The notes below the pieces were generated by a model. It was given only the letters and a program-made list of their open reading frames with translations, did not search any database and was not told where the DNA came from. This document shows positions 29,049-37,047 of a stretch of DNA of 64,000 bases, one piece after another. The DNA comes from a virus. Lineage: Duplodnaviria > Caudoviricetes. The position numbers were made by a program, and so were the translations under genes. Location: the IMG/VR virus record IMGVR_UViG_3300010347_001588, positions 5,791-69,790 of that record; one strand, 5' to 3'. Every line of letters starts with the position of its first letter. Within the stretch, counting starts at the first letter, position 1.

Positions 29049-29547
29049 GTGCTACCCCCGTATTTGTGTGTTCTGAATGTGTTTGTGGACTATATAACAT
29101 TGCGTCATCATATGTCAACAACAAATTGTTCATCAACAACGAATATTCGCGCTCATCGAGATTATAATGTGCACATAACGCTTGCGAGTCTATCATACAA
29201 CCAAGTTGGTTGCACCATGCTAAATCTTCACGCACATGTTTTAATTTTGATCTAACATCTCTTGGCACCCAATCATCGCGTCGAATTTCATCTAAGATGG
29301 CACCTTGTATGCGTTTAATCGCATACGTAGAAAACTTATACCCTTTTGTCACATCATACTTTTCAACGGCTTGAATTAGACCAAAATATCCATAGGAAAC
29401 TAAATCGTCATATTCGTAGTTATACAAAAAACTACGTCGCTTCATACGACGAACTACGAAATGGATCAGATTAAGTGATTGCTCGATAATCTTATTTCGC
29501 AGTGCGATATCCCCGGTCTTGTGGTATTGTTGAAAAAGCTCGTCCAT
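29032..29547 (-). CDS. FliA/WhiG (sigma28)-like sigma factor with regions 2-3 only, no region 4
   Basis: LRNKIIEQ, DDLVSYGYFGLIQAVEKYD..KGYKFSTYAIKRIQGAILDEIRRDDWVPR; the ORF ends before any sigma4 HTH and overlaps the sbcD start. Confidence 0.85.
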   Translation of the reverse strand: MDELFQQYHKTGDIALRNKIIEQSLNLIHFVVRRMKRRSFLYNYEYDDLVSYGYFGLIQAVEKYDVTKGYKFSTYAIKRIQGAILDEIRRDDWVPRDVRSKLKHVREDLAWCNQLGCMIDSQALCAHYNLDEREYSLLMNNLLLTYDDAMLYSPQTHSEHTNTGVAHDSIF

Positions 29548-29570
29548 AACTACCCCCAATGTATAAAATT

Positions 29571-31361
29571 TTATGCTTCAATGATGCTGGTCACATCGTT
29601 CAAGAAACCTGAATGCTCACGTTCTAAGAAATATTCCCACTCAAACGCCACTTTGCATTTCGGGCATCGTATTACTTTTTTTCCTTGTTCGTTAAAAGGC
29701 TCTACCACTTCACCACACTCACAGGTATATGTATAATTACGCCAGTAGTACATTGACACACGCTCGGTTTCCGAAGTCTCAAGAATTGGAACAGGTACGA
29801 TACTTCGTTCACCGGGGATATATTTTGAATAGTCTATTTCTTCAGGCATCATCATTGGTTGTTGTGCACCTTGATATGAGGTGTTTTTAAATTTCCCGTT
29901 ATTTTTGTGTACATACAACGCAAAGTTAGTAAAATATTCTAACGTTGCATCGGATTGAGCAATTACCCCAGATTTAATGCGCGTTTCAAATTTTTCGACC
30001 ATATCTAAGAATTTATATATCCCCAATTTCTCTAACAGCATCTCAATATTCTTTTTCCTACGCTCATTGACGGACTCGTAGCGAGCATTTTTATTCGTTC
30101 GAACCCGCAATGTTTTGTAGTAAAATTTATATACTCTATCAGCTACAGATGCATCGTGAAATTTGTCAAGACAAAATTGTTTAAAATTGTGTTTTAAATT
30201 CGCTTGTATCGCTGTTCGCATAAAAAACTCCTTCACAAAAGATGGTGTGTAATACCCGTAAATCCCACGTTCGCGTTTTTTTATTAATTTGTCTACATTT
30301 TCTTTTACTACATCGGCGCCATATGTCTCAACTAAAAATCGCACAAAGTCATATAACTGTTGTACAGATTCCCAATCACGTAAGCTAAGAAAGAAATCTA
30401 AGATATATGCCCCATCAATCTGGTTAAATGTGTTCAGGCAATAGTCTCTCAATTGCTCTAAAAGACGCTTAGTGAGATCGTCCTCCGTCGCATTTTCTGT
30501 TGTATTTTCATAAGTAAACATTTCTTCAGAAAAATTGTTCAATTCCTGGTACTTGACAGCCGGTATTTTATTTTCAATAAACTCTAAATTCTCCTTACTC
30601 TTATATGCTTTTCCTTTAGCTTCTTTTGGAGGTTTCTCCAGAACAGAATTTTCCTTCCGAAAATGCGAAGCATTTTCGGAAGAGAAATTCCCAACCGGGG
30701 GTTTTTTATCTTCATTAATCTTTGATTCTATAGTCTCTGTATTAATAGAAATTACCGATTGGTTAGATGTAGAAATTACCAATTGGTGAGATGGGGTATT
30801 ATTGTAAACTTTTTTAGTCTTATTTTCTATATTATTAAAATGTACTTCTAAATCGTAATCGTCTATATTATCCATACTATATACTTTATCATCATGTTCG
30901 TTTATATTACTACTAGATACTTTTTTGTCGTTTTTGTTTATATTATTTATGACTGTGTTGATGGCGTGAGTAAGGATATCAAAGTTTAGGCTAATGTAGT
31001 GCGCACGTTCAAATTGGTGAAATGGTGATTTTCCGACCATTATGGTGACTAATTTTTTTGCTTGTAAAATTTTGATAGCGCGGTCGTATTGTCTTTCGGT
31101 GATGCGTATTTCGTCCCACCAGTCGCTACGTTGTTTGACGATCCATCGCCTGTGGTGGCGTTGCACTTTTGCGCGTGATGCCTTTGAGCCGTCTTTTTGT
31201 GGAAGAAACCAGTAGACGATTTGTGAGAGTAGTAATGCAGCGTATAAATCCTGTGTGATGTCGAAGTAGACTTTTTTGAAGTCGATAGTGTCGTTGGTTG
31301 TTTTTTCCCAAGCGACAAATGTGTTGAAATGTGGTGAGTGTGTTGATACAGTTTGTCTCAT
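29571..31361 (-). CDS. Replication initiator / replisome organizer (N-terminal wHTH, low-complexity linker, C-terminal zinc ribbon)
   Basis: AALLLSQIVYWF...DWWDEIRITERQYDRAIKIL...LV typical of phage initiators; CECG...CPKC at the end. Confidence 0.75.
   Translation of the reverse strand: MRQTVSTHSPHFNTFVAWEKTTNDTIDFKKVYFDITQDLYAALLLSQIVYWFLPQKDGSKASRAKVQRHHRRWIVKQRSDWWDEIRITERQYDRAIKILQAKKLVTIMVGKSPFHQFERAHYISLNFDILTHAINTVINNINKNDKKVSSSNINEHDDKVYSMDNIDDYDLEVHFNNIENKTKKVYNNTPSHQLVISTSNQSVISINTETIESKINEDKKPPVGNFSSENASHFRKENSVLEKPPKEAKGKAYKSKENLEFIENKIPAVKYQELNNFSEEMFTYENTTENATEDDLTKRLLEQLRDYCLNTFNQIDGAYILDFFLSLRDWESVQQLYDFVRFLVETYGADVVKENVDKLIKKRERGIYGYYTPSFVKEFFMRTAIQANLKHNFKQFCLDKFHDASVADRVYKFYYKTLRVRTNKNARYESVNERRKKNIEMLLEKLGIYKFLDMVEKFETRIKSGVIAQSDATLEYFTNFALYVHKNNGKFKNTSYQGAQQPMMMPEEIDYSKYIPGERSIVPVPILETSETERVSMYYWRNYTYTCECGEVVEPFNEQGKKVIRCPKCKVAFEWEYFLEREHSGFLNDVTSIIEA
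30746..30793 (+). repeat. 24-bp tandem repeat (2 copies, 2 mismatches) inside the initiator gene; candidate iteron
   Basis: tagaaattaccgattggttagatg / tagaaattaccaattggtgagatg, followed by a very AT-rich tract (about 30800-30950). Confidence 0.7.
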
Positions 31362-31435
31362 CTTCGCTACCCCTAGTGTTGGTATAAATAGTCTTATTGA
31401 TAAATGTAAATATGTTTACATTTTTTCTACTATAC

Positions 31436-31465
31436 AATGTATATGTATCTATGTCATTTTGTCAA
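31436..31465 (-). promoter_or_regulatory. Sigma70-type promoter for the initiator/left arm
   Basis: TTGACA-N18-TACATT. Confidence 0.55.
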
Positions 31466-31618
31466 GCGAAAATTTACAGGAAAATATGGTTCCTGTTGCA
31501 AACCAAATACGTGTCATATTTCTACAAGTTAATTGGAACGGTTTTTTCCACCCTTTTGTGAATATGACCAAGATCTTGGGCTTCTTCCGACAAATAAATC
31601 TAAAAATTTTTTTTGAAT

Positions 31619-31647
31619 AATTTAAAAAATTAGTTGACGATTGTCAA
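31619..31647 (-). promoter_or_regulatory. Second leftward sigma70-type promoter next to the IS left end
   Basis: TTGACA-N17-TAAATT; part of the inverted repeat ttgac-gatt-gtcaa. Confidence 0.4.
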
Positions 31648-31723
31648 GAAGTTATAGGGAATTGCCAAGAAAACCTCGTGGGCTTGCCCCGAGGATGAAT
31701 TGGCAAAATATTTTTTAAAAGAC

Positions 31724-31752
31724 TTGACAAATTACAAATATGATAGTATATT
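31724..31752 (+). promoter_or_regulatory. IS-internal sigma70 promoter
   Basis: TTGACA-N17-TATATT, then AGGAGG RBS at 31765-31770. Confidence 0.7.
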
Positions 31753-31776
31753 GTATATGTAGATAGGAGGTAAACA

Positions 31777-31938
31777 ATGAATACTCAAATAAATATAGCT
31801 TTACCCAAAGAATGGAAAGAAGAGTTAGAAAGACTTGCAAGAGTTTTTTCTGTTGAGGAAGAGGATACTTTAACTTACCTTGATTTAATTAGGCGAGCAG
31901 TTAAAGAAAAATATGAATTAAAAGAAATAGAAAAATGA
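31777..31938 (+). CDS. IS-borne small RHH-like protein (53 aa, below the ORF-track cutoff)
   Basis: MNTQINIALPKEWKEELERLARVFSVEEEDTLTYLDLIRRAVKEKYELKEIEK; strong RBS; ATGA overlap with tnpA. Confidence 0.7.
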   Translation: MNTQINIALPKEWKEELERLARVFSVEEEDTLTYLDLIRRAVKEKYELKEIEK

Positions 31939-32339
31939 GTAAATATAAGTCAACATCACATTGTCAATATCTGTGCCAGTACCACATTATTTTCTGCCCA
32001 AAGTTTCGGTACTCTGTTTTAAAAGGTAGTGTCGAAACCAGTTTAAAAGAAATATTGATAGATGTGGCAAATAGGTATGAATATGAAATCATACAGATGG
32101 AAGTGATGCCAGACCATATTCATATATTTGTTGGTGCTAAGCCAACTGTTGCTCCAATAGACATAATAAGAGTTTTTAAAAGTATTACCGCTATCGAACT
32201 GTTTAAGAAATACCCAACGTTAAAATCTTTTTACGGTAGATGTGGTTCTCTTTGGTCAGTAGGTAAATTTATATCCACTATTGGCAATGTTTCTGCTGAA
32301 ACAATCAAGAAATATATCGCAGACCAAAAAGGAAAATAA
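31935..32339 (+). CDS. tnpA: IS200/IS605 Y1 HUH transposase
   Basis: YHIIFCPKFR, HUH motif PDHIHIF, catalytic Tyr in IKKYIADQ. Confidence 0.96.
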   Translation: MSKYKSTSHCQYLCQYHIIFCPKFRYSVLKGSVETSLKEILIDVANRYEYEIIQMEVMPDHIHIFVGAKPTVAPIDIIRVFKSITAIELFKKYPTLKSFYGRCGSLWSVGKFISTIGNVSAETIKKYIADQKGK

Positions 32340-32342
32340 TAT

Positions 32343-33503
32343 ATGTTAATACAACGTGGATATAAATACAGAATTTTACCGACTAAAGAGCAAGAGAAAT
32401 CTCTGCTTCAATGTGGGGGTAATACCAGATTTTTATGGAACTACGTACTTAAAATCAACCAAGATTACTATAAAGAAACGGATAAGTTTAAATTTTATCA
32501 CGAGTTAGCTGTTTCGTTACCAAAACTTAAACAAGAATACCCTTTTCTTAAAGAATCGTTTTCACAGTCTTTACAAATGGTTTTACGACAATTTGATAAG
32601 GCACTGAAAGATTCTTTCAAGAAAGAAAAGGGATTCCCAACTTTTAAAAAGAAAATGTTGCTAAATGATAGTTTCACTTGCCCTCAGAAATGGAGATTGG
32701 GGAAAGGCTTTGTTTTTATTCCTAAAATTGGAGAAGTAAAATGGATAAAACACAGAGCAATGAAAGGCAAACCTAAATCAATTACGATTTCACAAGATGG
32801 TAGTAAATGGTATTGTTCAGTGTTGTGTGAATATGAGATTAAAGAAAGTAAGAAAAAAGTTGATACTATTGTTGGGTGTGATGTTGGGCTTAAAGAATTT
32901 GTTACCTTGTCAGATGGAACTATAATAAGCAATCCAAAGCATACTAAAAAATATGAAAAACAATTAGCAAAAGAGCAAAGGAGATTAAGCAAAAAACAAA
33001 AAGGAGGTAAAAACAGATTTAAACAAAGACTTAAAGTTAGAAAGATTCAAAACAAAATAAGAGATACTCGTAGGGATTTTCTACACAAAACTTCTAATTC
33101 GATAGCCAAGAAGTATGATGGGATAGTTGTAGAAGATTTAAACATCAAAGGAATGATGAAAAATCATTGTTTAGCTAAATCAATCGGTGATGTTTCATGG
33201 TCGGAGTTCAATAGACAACTTAAATACAAATGTAAATGGAGTTTTAAGCATTATATTAAAATCGGAAGATTTGCGCCTACAAGTAAAACATGTTCAAACT
33301 GTGGATGTGTTCAGGAAATGCCTTTGAGCAAAAGAGTTTTTGATTGTCCAGATTGTGGTATTTCTATAGATAGAGATTTAAACGCATCTCTAAATATCCT
33401 AAATATAGGTCTAAGTACGCTGGGGCACAGCGGAATTTACGCTTGTGAAGATGGTTCGTTAGAACTGTCGTTGAAGCAAGAAAAAGAATGCTTAGTAAAC
33501 TAA
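32343..33503 (+). CDS. tnpB: RNA-guided endonuclease TnpB
   Basis: GYKYRILPTKEQ HTH, RuvC-I GCDVGL, RuvC-II VEDL, CSNCG...CPDCG zinc finger, RuvC-III DRDLNASLNI. Confidence 0.96.
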   Translation: MLIQRGYKYRILPTKEQEKSLLQCGGNTRFLWNYVLKINQDYYKETDKFKFYHELAVSLPKLKQEYPFLKESFSQSLQMVLRQFDKALKDSFKKEKGFPTFKKKMLLNDSFTCPQKWRLGKGFVFIPKIGEVKWIKHRAMKGKPKSITISQDGSKWYCSVLCEYEIKESKKKVDTIVGCDVGLKEFVTLSDGTIISNPKHTKKYEKQLAKEQRRLSKKQKGGKNRFKQRLKVRKIQNKIRDTRRDFLHKTSNSIAKKYDGIVVEDLNIKGMMKNHCLAKSIGDVSWSEFNRQLKYKCKWSFKHYIKIGRFAPTSKTCSNCGCVQEMPLSKRVFDCPDCGISIDRDLNASLNILNIGLSTLGHSGIYACEDGSLELSLKQEKECLVN

Positions 33504-33538
33504 GCAGAAGCCACGGGGCAAGCCCCGTGGAGTGTCAC

Positions 33539-33688
33539 TATTAAAGAAATTGATTTATCGGGTATGGTTTTTAAAAATTCCAATGTATCTGTTTGGGCTA
33601 AAATCACATCATTGTCTGAATTAAAGGTATTTGAAAAAACTACCTTTAATTCATCAACAAGATCAAGTTTTAATTGTTTAGGCTTCAT
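33539..33688 (-). pseudogene. 5' stub of an N4/N6 DNA methyltransferase, cut by the IS right end
   Basis: DTLEFLKTIPDKSISLI resembles the xDCLExLKxIPDxSIDLIITSPPY start of beta-class MTases; AAGGTG RBS present. Confidence 0.7.
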
Positions 33689-33721
33689 ATTTCACCTTGA
33701 GAATGATTTTAAATAATACAA

Positions 33722-33750
33722 AAAATAATAAAGGACATAATATTTGTCAA
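33722..33750 (-). promoter_or_regulatory. Sigma70-type promoter of the MTase stub
   Basis: TTGACA-N17-TATTTT. Confidence 0.4.
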
Positions 33751-34115
33751 CAAATGTTTAGTGCGTCAAATTCAGCATGTTTAATCAACATCGCCGGCCA
33801 CGGACGGCCGGTGCTCTTCCCACAAAAGATTTTCGGCCGTTTCGCACAACTATTTCATAGACGAAGTACTTCGCTTTTTATCCAATTTTTGGAATATATA
33901 CGAAATATTTCGTCTATCCTCAATCTATATTCCCAATTACATCATATTTTTTCTTCTGTTAATATATTTTTCCTTCTCACCGCATCCTCTATCTCATAGT
34001 ATGTGCTTTCTTTTCTTATTATTTTCCCTCGTATTAGTCCGTGATTACGCACACATAACCACAAATAGTAGTTAACATATACATGCATACTCAAACCATT
34101 TTAAAGGCAGCGTAT

Positions 34116-34283
34116 ATGGAAAGAGCAATATTAAGCGTAAAAAATGCCGAATCGCAGCGCATAATAAAAGAGGCTCGTAAAAAGGCCATCGATGAAGGTC
34201 TCACTTTCAGCGAAACCGGTATTAGACTGCTTGAAAAATGGATCAACAACGAAATGCGTATTAAAAAAGAGGTTCGCAAGTGA
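34116..34283 (+). CDS. Small RHH-like protein coupled to the parA stub
   Basis: MERAILSVKNAESQRIIKEARKKAIDEGLTFSETGIRLLEKWIN; GTGA overlap with the parA start. Confidence 0.5.
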   Translation: MERAILSVKNAESQRIIKEARKKAIDEGLTFSETGIRLLEKWINNEMRIKKEVRK

Positions 34284-34500
34284 AAAAGATATGCGTCATT
34301 AATCAGAAAGGCGGGTCCGGCAAGACGACATTTTCCATTCTTTCCTGCCTTGCTCTTGCCAGGGTCGGCCGCAAAATTCTGGCGGTCGATTGCGATCCTC
34401 AGGCGGGTCTTACTAACTACCTTTCACGGAGCTAAGATATTTGCCTTGGGCTTTTTGATATCATCCTCGGCAGCAAGGAATTCAATATCATCAACTCGGT
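34280..34500 (+). pseudogene. parA: Truncated and frameshifted ParA/Soj ATPase
   Basis: GTG start: MKKICVINQKGGSGKTT...KILAVDCDPQAGLTNYLSRS* (stop at 34433-34435); GLFDIILG continues in a shifted frame. Confidence 0.85.
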
Positions 34501-34657
34501 CCAGGATAGTGGGGAAAACCGAACCGCCCAAGGGCTTGCTCCCGATGAGTTGGTCGCCTTTCTCATCGACGCCGAATGGGATGAGCGCTATAAACGGCCC
34601 TCGCGCGTCTGGTGAAGAACGCCTCGTTTCGCTATCGTGGACGCATCGAGGAAATCG
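34500..34657 (+). pseudogene. istB: Fragment of an IS21-family IstB helper ATPase N-terminus (frameshifted)
   Basis: PDELVAFLIDAEWDERYKR, then in a shifted frame LARLVKNASFRYRGRIEEI. Confidence 0.7.
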
Positions 34658-34667
34658 TTTGTGCTCT

Positions 34668-34731
34668 TGTAACGGCGCTAAAAGTGGCAGGTATTTTCCG
34701 GAATGGGTGGCAGGTTACGCCGGAATGTGCA
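34668..34731 (+). mobile_element. IS21-family-like terminal sequence
   Basis: Two tandem GTGGCAGG...CCGGAAT units (34684-34704 and 34707-34726) ending in GTGCA. Confidence 0.6.
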
Positions 34732-34861
34732 CCATGCGGGGTTTTTGTTTTTTATTTACTTAAAAACCGATTTATAACACTAATATTTAGTAATAAATCA
34801 ATGATTGTGTTATGAAACATGGATTTTCGTATGGATTTTAGTATATAAATGTGAGGTCGTT

Positions 34862-35443
34862 ATGGCGGAAATTGTAAAAGTTAATTCAAAGCGTGCACTG
34901 GTTATTTTATCTGAAGCAGATCTTATTGATCATGATTTAATACGTTGGGTGCGATCTGACTCGAAAGGATGGGGTAATAGGGATTTCATTTCGGTACAAC
35001 CTATCCAAACATGTGCATCGAAACTATATGTAGATGAATACCCGACTGATTCAGTATTTTTGGCTGAGAAAGTCTATAAACAAGGAAATGATGTGCATGT
35101 AGTATTACGGGTATATAGTAATAAGTCTCAGGATACCTTATATAATCATTATCCTTCTCAAACAATTTCTACTTCCCCAAATGTGGAACAGTATGTTGGG
35201 CAGAAAATTGCTAAAAAGCTGAATATCGAGTTTTTAGATCTTGCTGACTTAATTGATAATTTGGATATTTTGAGTGAAGAAGAAATTGTGATGTTAGATG
35301 AACTGTTATCGGATGAATTAGTAGACACCGAGGATGTTGCTGAAGAGGTTTCTGAAGAGAGTGGTCAATGTATCCTTTCATCTGATGATGATAATGATGT
35401 TGAACAGAATAAAGCGACAACGATTGTGGTTGAAATTAAATAA
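34862..35443 (+). CDS. Hypothetical protein with an acidic C-terminus (first gene of the right arm)
   Basis: GAGG RBS before MAEIVK. Confidence 0.65.
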   Translation: MAEIVKVNSKRALVILSEADLIDHDLIRWVRSDSKGWGNRDFISVQPIQTCASKLYVDEYPTDSVFLAEKVYKQGNDVHVVLRVYSNKSQDTLYNHYPSQTISTSPNVEQYVGQKIAKKLNIEFLDLADLIDNLDILSEEEIVMLDELLSDELVDTEDVAEEVSEESGQCILSSDDDNDVEQNKATTIVVEIK

Positions 35444-35455
35444 TTGCGATAATAG

Positions 35456-37045
35456 GTGGTATGTATGGGCTCGGTAGATAAACCAATTGATATACAGCGG
35501 GAAAAGAAGATTGTTTCTGATTTTCTTGATAAATTTAAATCGTCTCTATCAGGGGATAGGGATGCATTAGACTTATTCGAGATTTATGCGTCTCGATCTC
35601 CTTATACTGATAAAGTGCTTGCGGATGTTAATTATGATCGTGCTCAAGATGGATTACCTGAGTTAACGATGGATGATTATGAAAGGTTTGTCTCGCATTT
35701 AGAGAATGAATTTTTATTATATCGTACCTATGTCCTTGAGGGGACTCAGGGTAATTCTAATCAGCCTGCTATTGATGTATCACGAGAAAATTTAAATACG
35801 GGAAAATCGTATGAAGATCTTTATGGAAATCCCGTTTCGGTTGGTGATACAGTAGTATTATTACCGACTTGGCAAGGGCATTTTGACTTTATTCGTGAAT
35901 GGAAAGCGCAACGAGCGAAGACCAGCGCCGCAGAAGGTGTGCAACGGTATGTTCGTGCGGATGATCGTGGGTTTACTGATGAGTTTCAGTATGGGTTAGT
36001 CCCCACACAAAATGGGGCGTTTGTTCCTTATAAAGATATTTTGTTATATGAAAAAGTGAACGATCGACCCGTGCCGATGTTAATTGTGACGGTTGCTAAA
36101 AATGCAAAAGGTGAATGGGGATTATTGGCTATTGAGGATCCAAGACGTACTGGTTTTGATCGCTATATCGAGATGATGTATGGTGAATCAGATGTCACTT
36201 CACTGCAAGGTCTGAATACTTTTTTAAAAAATATTGTATCATTCGCAAAAGAAATGAGTGATGAGGATACAACTGTTAATGTTGCCGTGAAAGATGCTGG
36301 TACGTATTTGAATCAGATTTCACCTATCCTATCCTCTGGGGTGACGTTTGCACGTGAATCGGATGCGGGAGAATCGATTACATATCTTAATAGAGGTATG
36401 TCCGGCGCTCACGGTACTACACCAGAAGAAGCAACTCGGAATTTTATTACGTATCTTTTAGGTCAGTATGACGCAGTGGGTGTTGTGGTAGATATGGGAA
36501 AGCTTCCTAATCCTGATCGTGATCTATATGATGAGGAAATTGCAGAAGACTTACAAAGTAAGCGTAGTGATTATATTATGTGGTTCTTAGTCAAGTTACC
36601 TGATAAGAAAGTGTTAGTTCCATATTATGATGTAGTTCGTAAAGATCAAATGGATAAGTTAGAAAAGGATATGGCGGATTATTTTGGGATTAGCCTATCT
36701 GATTTAAATAAAGGTAATGAGATTTTGAATGTAACGCATCGGTCGAGTGATAATATTAAAATGTTTCGGGATGCGTGTATTTTGGTCAGGGCAAAAGTAT
36801 ATAATGATTGGTATCGAAAGTTTGGCACAACGACAAAAATTTCAATGGGGTTAGAAGCTTTTTTAGACCAAGTAGCAGGAGGGTCGAACAAGGTGTTCAA
36901 TAAAACCGATGGATCTGTGTATGAGGTATCAAATGACCAAGGCCGCTCGGATATGGTGTTGTTGAAAGATGAGGACGGTAATGAAGTTGCCGTCCCAAGT
37001 GATTCTCCAAGATTAAAAGATACATTTGTCCCAGTAGAGGAATAA
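35456..37045 (+). CDS. Hypothetical protein, probable virion or internal protein
   Basis: 529 aa acidic ORF upstream of the portal; short SH3-like segments. Confidence 0.55.
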   Translation: MVCMGSVDKPIDIQREKKIVSDFLDKFKSSLSGDRDALDLFEIYASRSPYTDKVLADVNYDRAQDGLPELTMDDYERFVSHLENEFLLYRTYVLEGTQGNSNQPAIDVSRENLNTGKSYEDLYGNPVSVGDTVVLLPTWQGHFDFIREWKAQRAKTSAAEGVQRYVRADDRGFTDEFQYGLVPTQNGAFVPYKDILLYEKVNDRPVPMLIVTVAKNAKGEWGLLAIEDPRRTGFDRYIEMMYGESDVTSLQGLNTFLKNIVSFAKEMSDEDTTVNVAVKDAGTYLNQISPILSSGVTFARESDAGESITYLNRGMSGAHGTTPEEATRNFITYLLGQYDAVGVVVDMGKLPNPDRDLYDEEIAEDLQSKRSDYIMWFLVKLPDKKVLVPYYDVVRKDQMDKLEKDMADYFGISLSDLNKGNEILNVTHRSSDNIKMFRDACILVRAKVYNDWYRKFGTTTKISMGLEAFLDQVAGGSNKVFNKTDGSVYEVSNDQGRSDMVLLKDEDGNEVAVPSDSPRLKDTFVPVEE

Positions 37046-37047
37046 TT

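Larger units (their letters stand above)
31656..33538 (+). mobile_element. Complete IS200/IS605-family insertion sequence (small RHH ORF, tnpA, tnpB)
   Basis: Left-end hairpin cctcg-t-gggc-tt-gccc-cgagg (31674-31694) inside a ttgccaa/ttggcaa stem; right-end hairpin ccacggggc-aa-gccccgtgg (33511-33530) followed by TCAC; left flank TTAT. Confidence 0.9.

Noticed and set aside
2064-31620. Many 60-135 aa plus-strand ORFs within left-arm genes
   Set aside because: They lie wholly antisense to well-supported genes, lack RBSs and have shadow-like composition
33697-33999. 100-aa plus-strand ORF
   Set aside because: No RBS, no protein-like motif, and it crosses a compositional mosaic; probably spurious
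34350-34815. ORF-track entries 34350-34763 and 34612-34815 as real genes
   Set aside because: They are off-frame or chimeric readings across the parA, istB and IS-end fragments
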